DNA of 64,000 nt from contig MU053559.1 of NCBI GenBank assembly GCA_013239625.1, positions 868,001-932,000 of the forward strand. The letters run 5' to 3'. The position numbers and the translations under genes were made by a program. The notes beneath the pieces were generated by a model. That model made no database searches. It saw nothing but the letters and a program-made list of their open reading frames with translations, and was not told the DNA's origin. Shown here piece after piece: positions 63,270 through 64,000 of this stretch; the first letter of the stretch is position 1, and every line of letters begins with the position of its first letter. The stretch is from Lama guanicoe (taxonomy: Eukaryota).

Positions 63270-63440
63270 TCTTAAAGTGTGGTCCTCCACCAGGGTCACC
63301 TGGGACCTTGTTAGCAATTCACACTCTTGTGCCCCACCCCCGACCTACAGAATCCAGAACTGGAGTGGGGCCGGACAATCTGGATTTAACAAACTTCCAG
63401 ATGATTCTGATGCACACTAAGGTTTGAGAGCCACTGGGCT
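63270..63440. mobile_element. MER5A-like MITE
   Basis: cttaaagtgtggtcc..cacctgggaccttgttag..gtggggcc..tttaacaa..gattctgatgcacactaaggtttgagagccactg. Confidence 0.8.
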
Positions 63441-64000
63441 AGAGGGTGATGGGTGCCCTACAAAAAAGGTATCTGCAGAGGGCTTCTGTGAGGGAGGTGA
63501 CATTTACGGTCAGTCTCTTGGTCAGTCTCTTTTAGAGCATAAGCCCCTTAAGGGCCAGAATTTGGGACTGGCTTGTCTGCTTCCGTCCAATGCCCAGAAC
63601 AGTGCCTGGCACCCAATAGTTGCTCAATAAATATTGAATTAATGTATCTAACAAAGATCTCCTGCCAAATGCCAGACACTGGGCTTTTAAAAATCTGAAC
63701 TCCCAGTCTTCGCAACAAGTTCTGTGATGTAGGCTGTTGGGGGAGGCTGGTGGTCGGGAGGGCTGGTATGTATGATCTTGGTGGAACATGGCCAAGCCAG
63801 TTCCCTCCAAGCCACTCCCTCCTCAGGCCCTGAAGGTGTCCCCAGCTGGCCCCCAGGGGCAGTGGATTCCCCCGCCCTCCCCCTGTTCAGTCCTTCTGAA
63901 TTCTCCCCACACTCTCGCCACTTCCCCTTCTCACTTCCCTTGTGCTGACCTCCCATCCACATTCTAACCACAAAGAACCTCACTTTTAGGAAATAGGAGG

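Noticed and set aside
63600..64000. 5' end of the next syntenic gene (CFP/properdin expected)
   Set aside because: No recognisable exon lies within the window.

Overview
Mammalian genomic DNA, most likely camelid (short tRNA-derived SINEs of the camelid vic-1 type, artiodactyl-type L1 3' ends), syntenic with the human Xp11.23 ELK1-UXT-CXXC1P1 interval. It holds two complete + strand genes reconstructed by hand with GT-AG introns: UXT (6 coding exons, 156 aa) and ELK1 (5 coding exons, 449 aa). On the - strand at 1018-4131 is an intron-containing CXXC1/CFP1 paralog. Its last 8 exons splice into an uninterrupted 325-aa ORF (SET1-interaction, coiled-coil and Cys-rich regions), while the exons just upstream carry stops, frameshifts and broken splice sites. 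This asymmetric decay suggests a possibly functional CFP1-like protein lacking PHD and CXXC domains, and is the most interesting observation. The 6-37 kb interval is mostly L1, LTR and DNA-transposon debris with a decayed C2H2 zinc-finger array. Other oddities are a GTG in place of the UXT long-isoform start, a 21-nt coding duplication adding KxE motifs to ELK1, a ~40-nt degenerate tandem array in ELK1 intron 1, a 58-bp locally templated insertion and a ~49-bp L1 target-site duplication. Repeat family names and human comparisons are from recall, not database searches.
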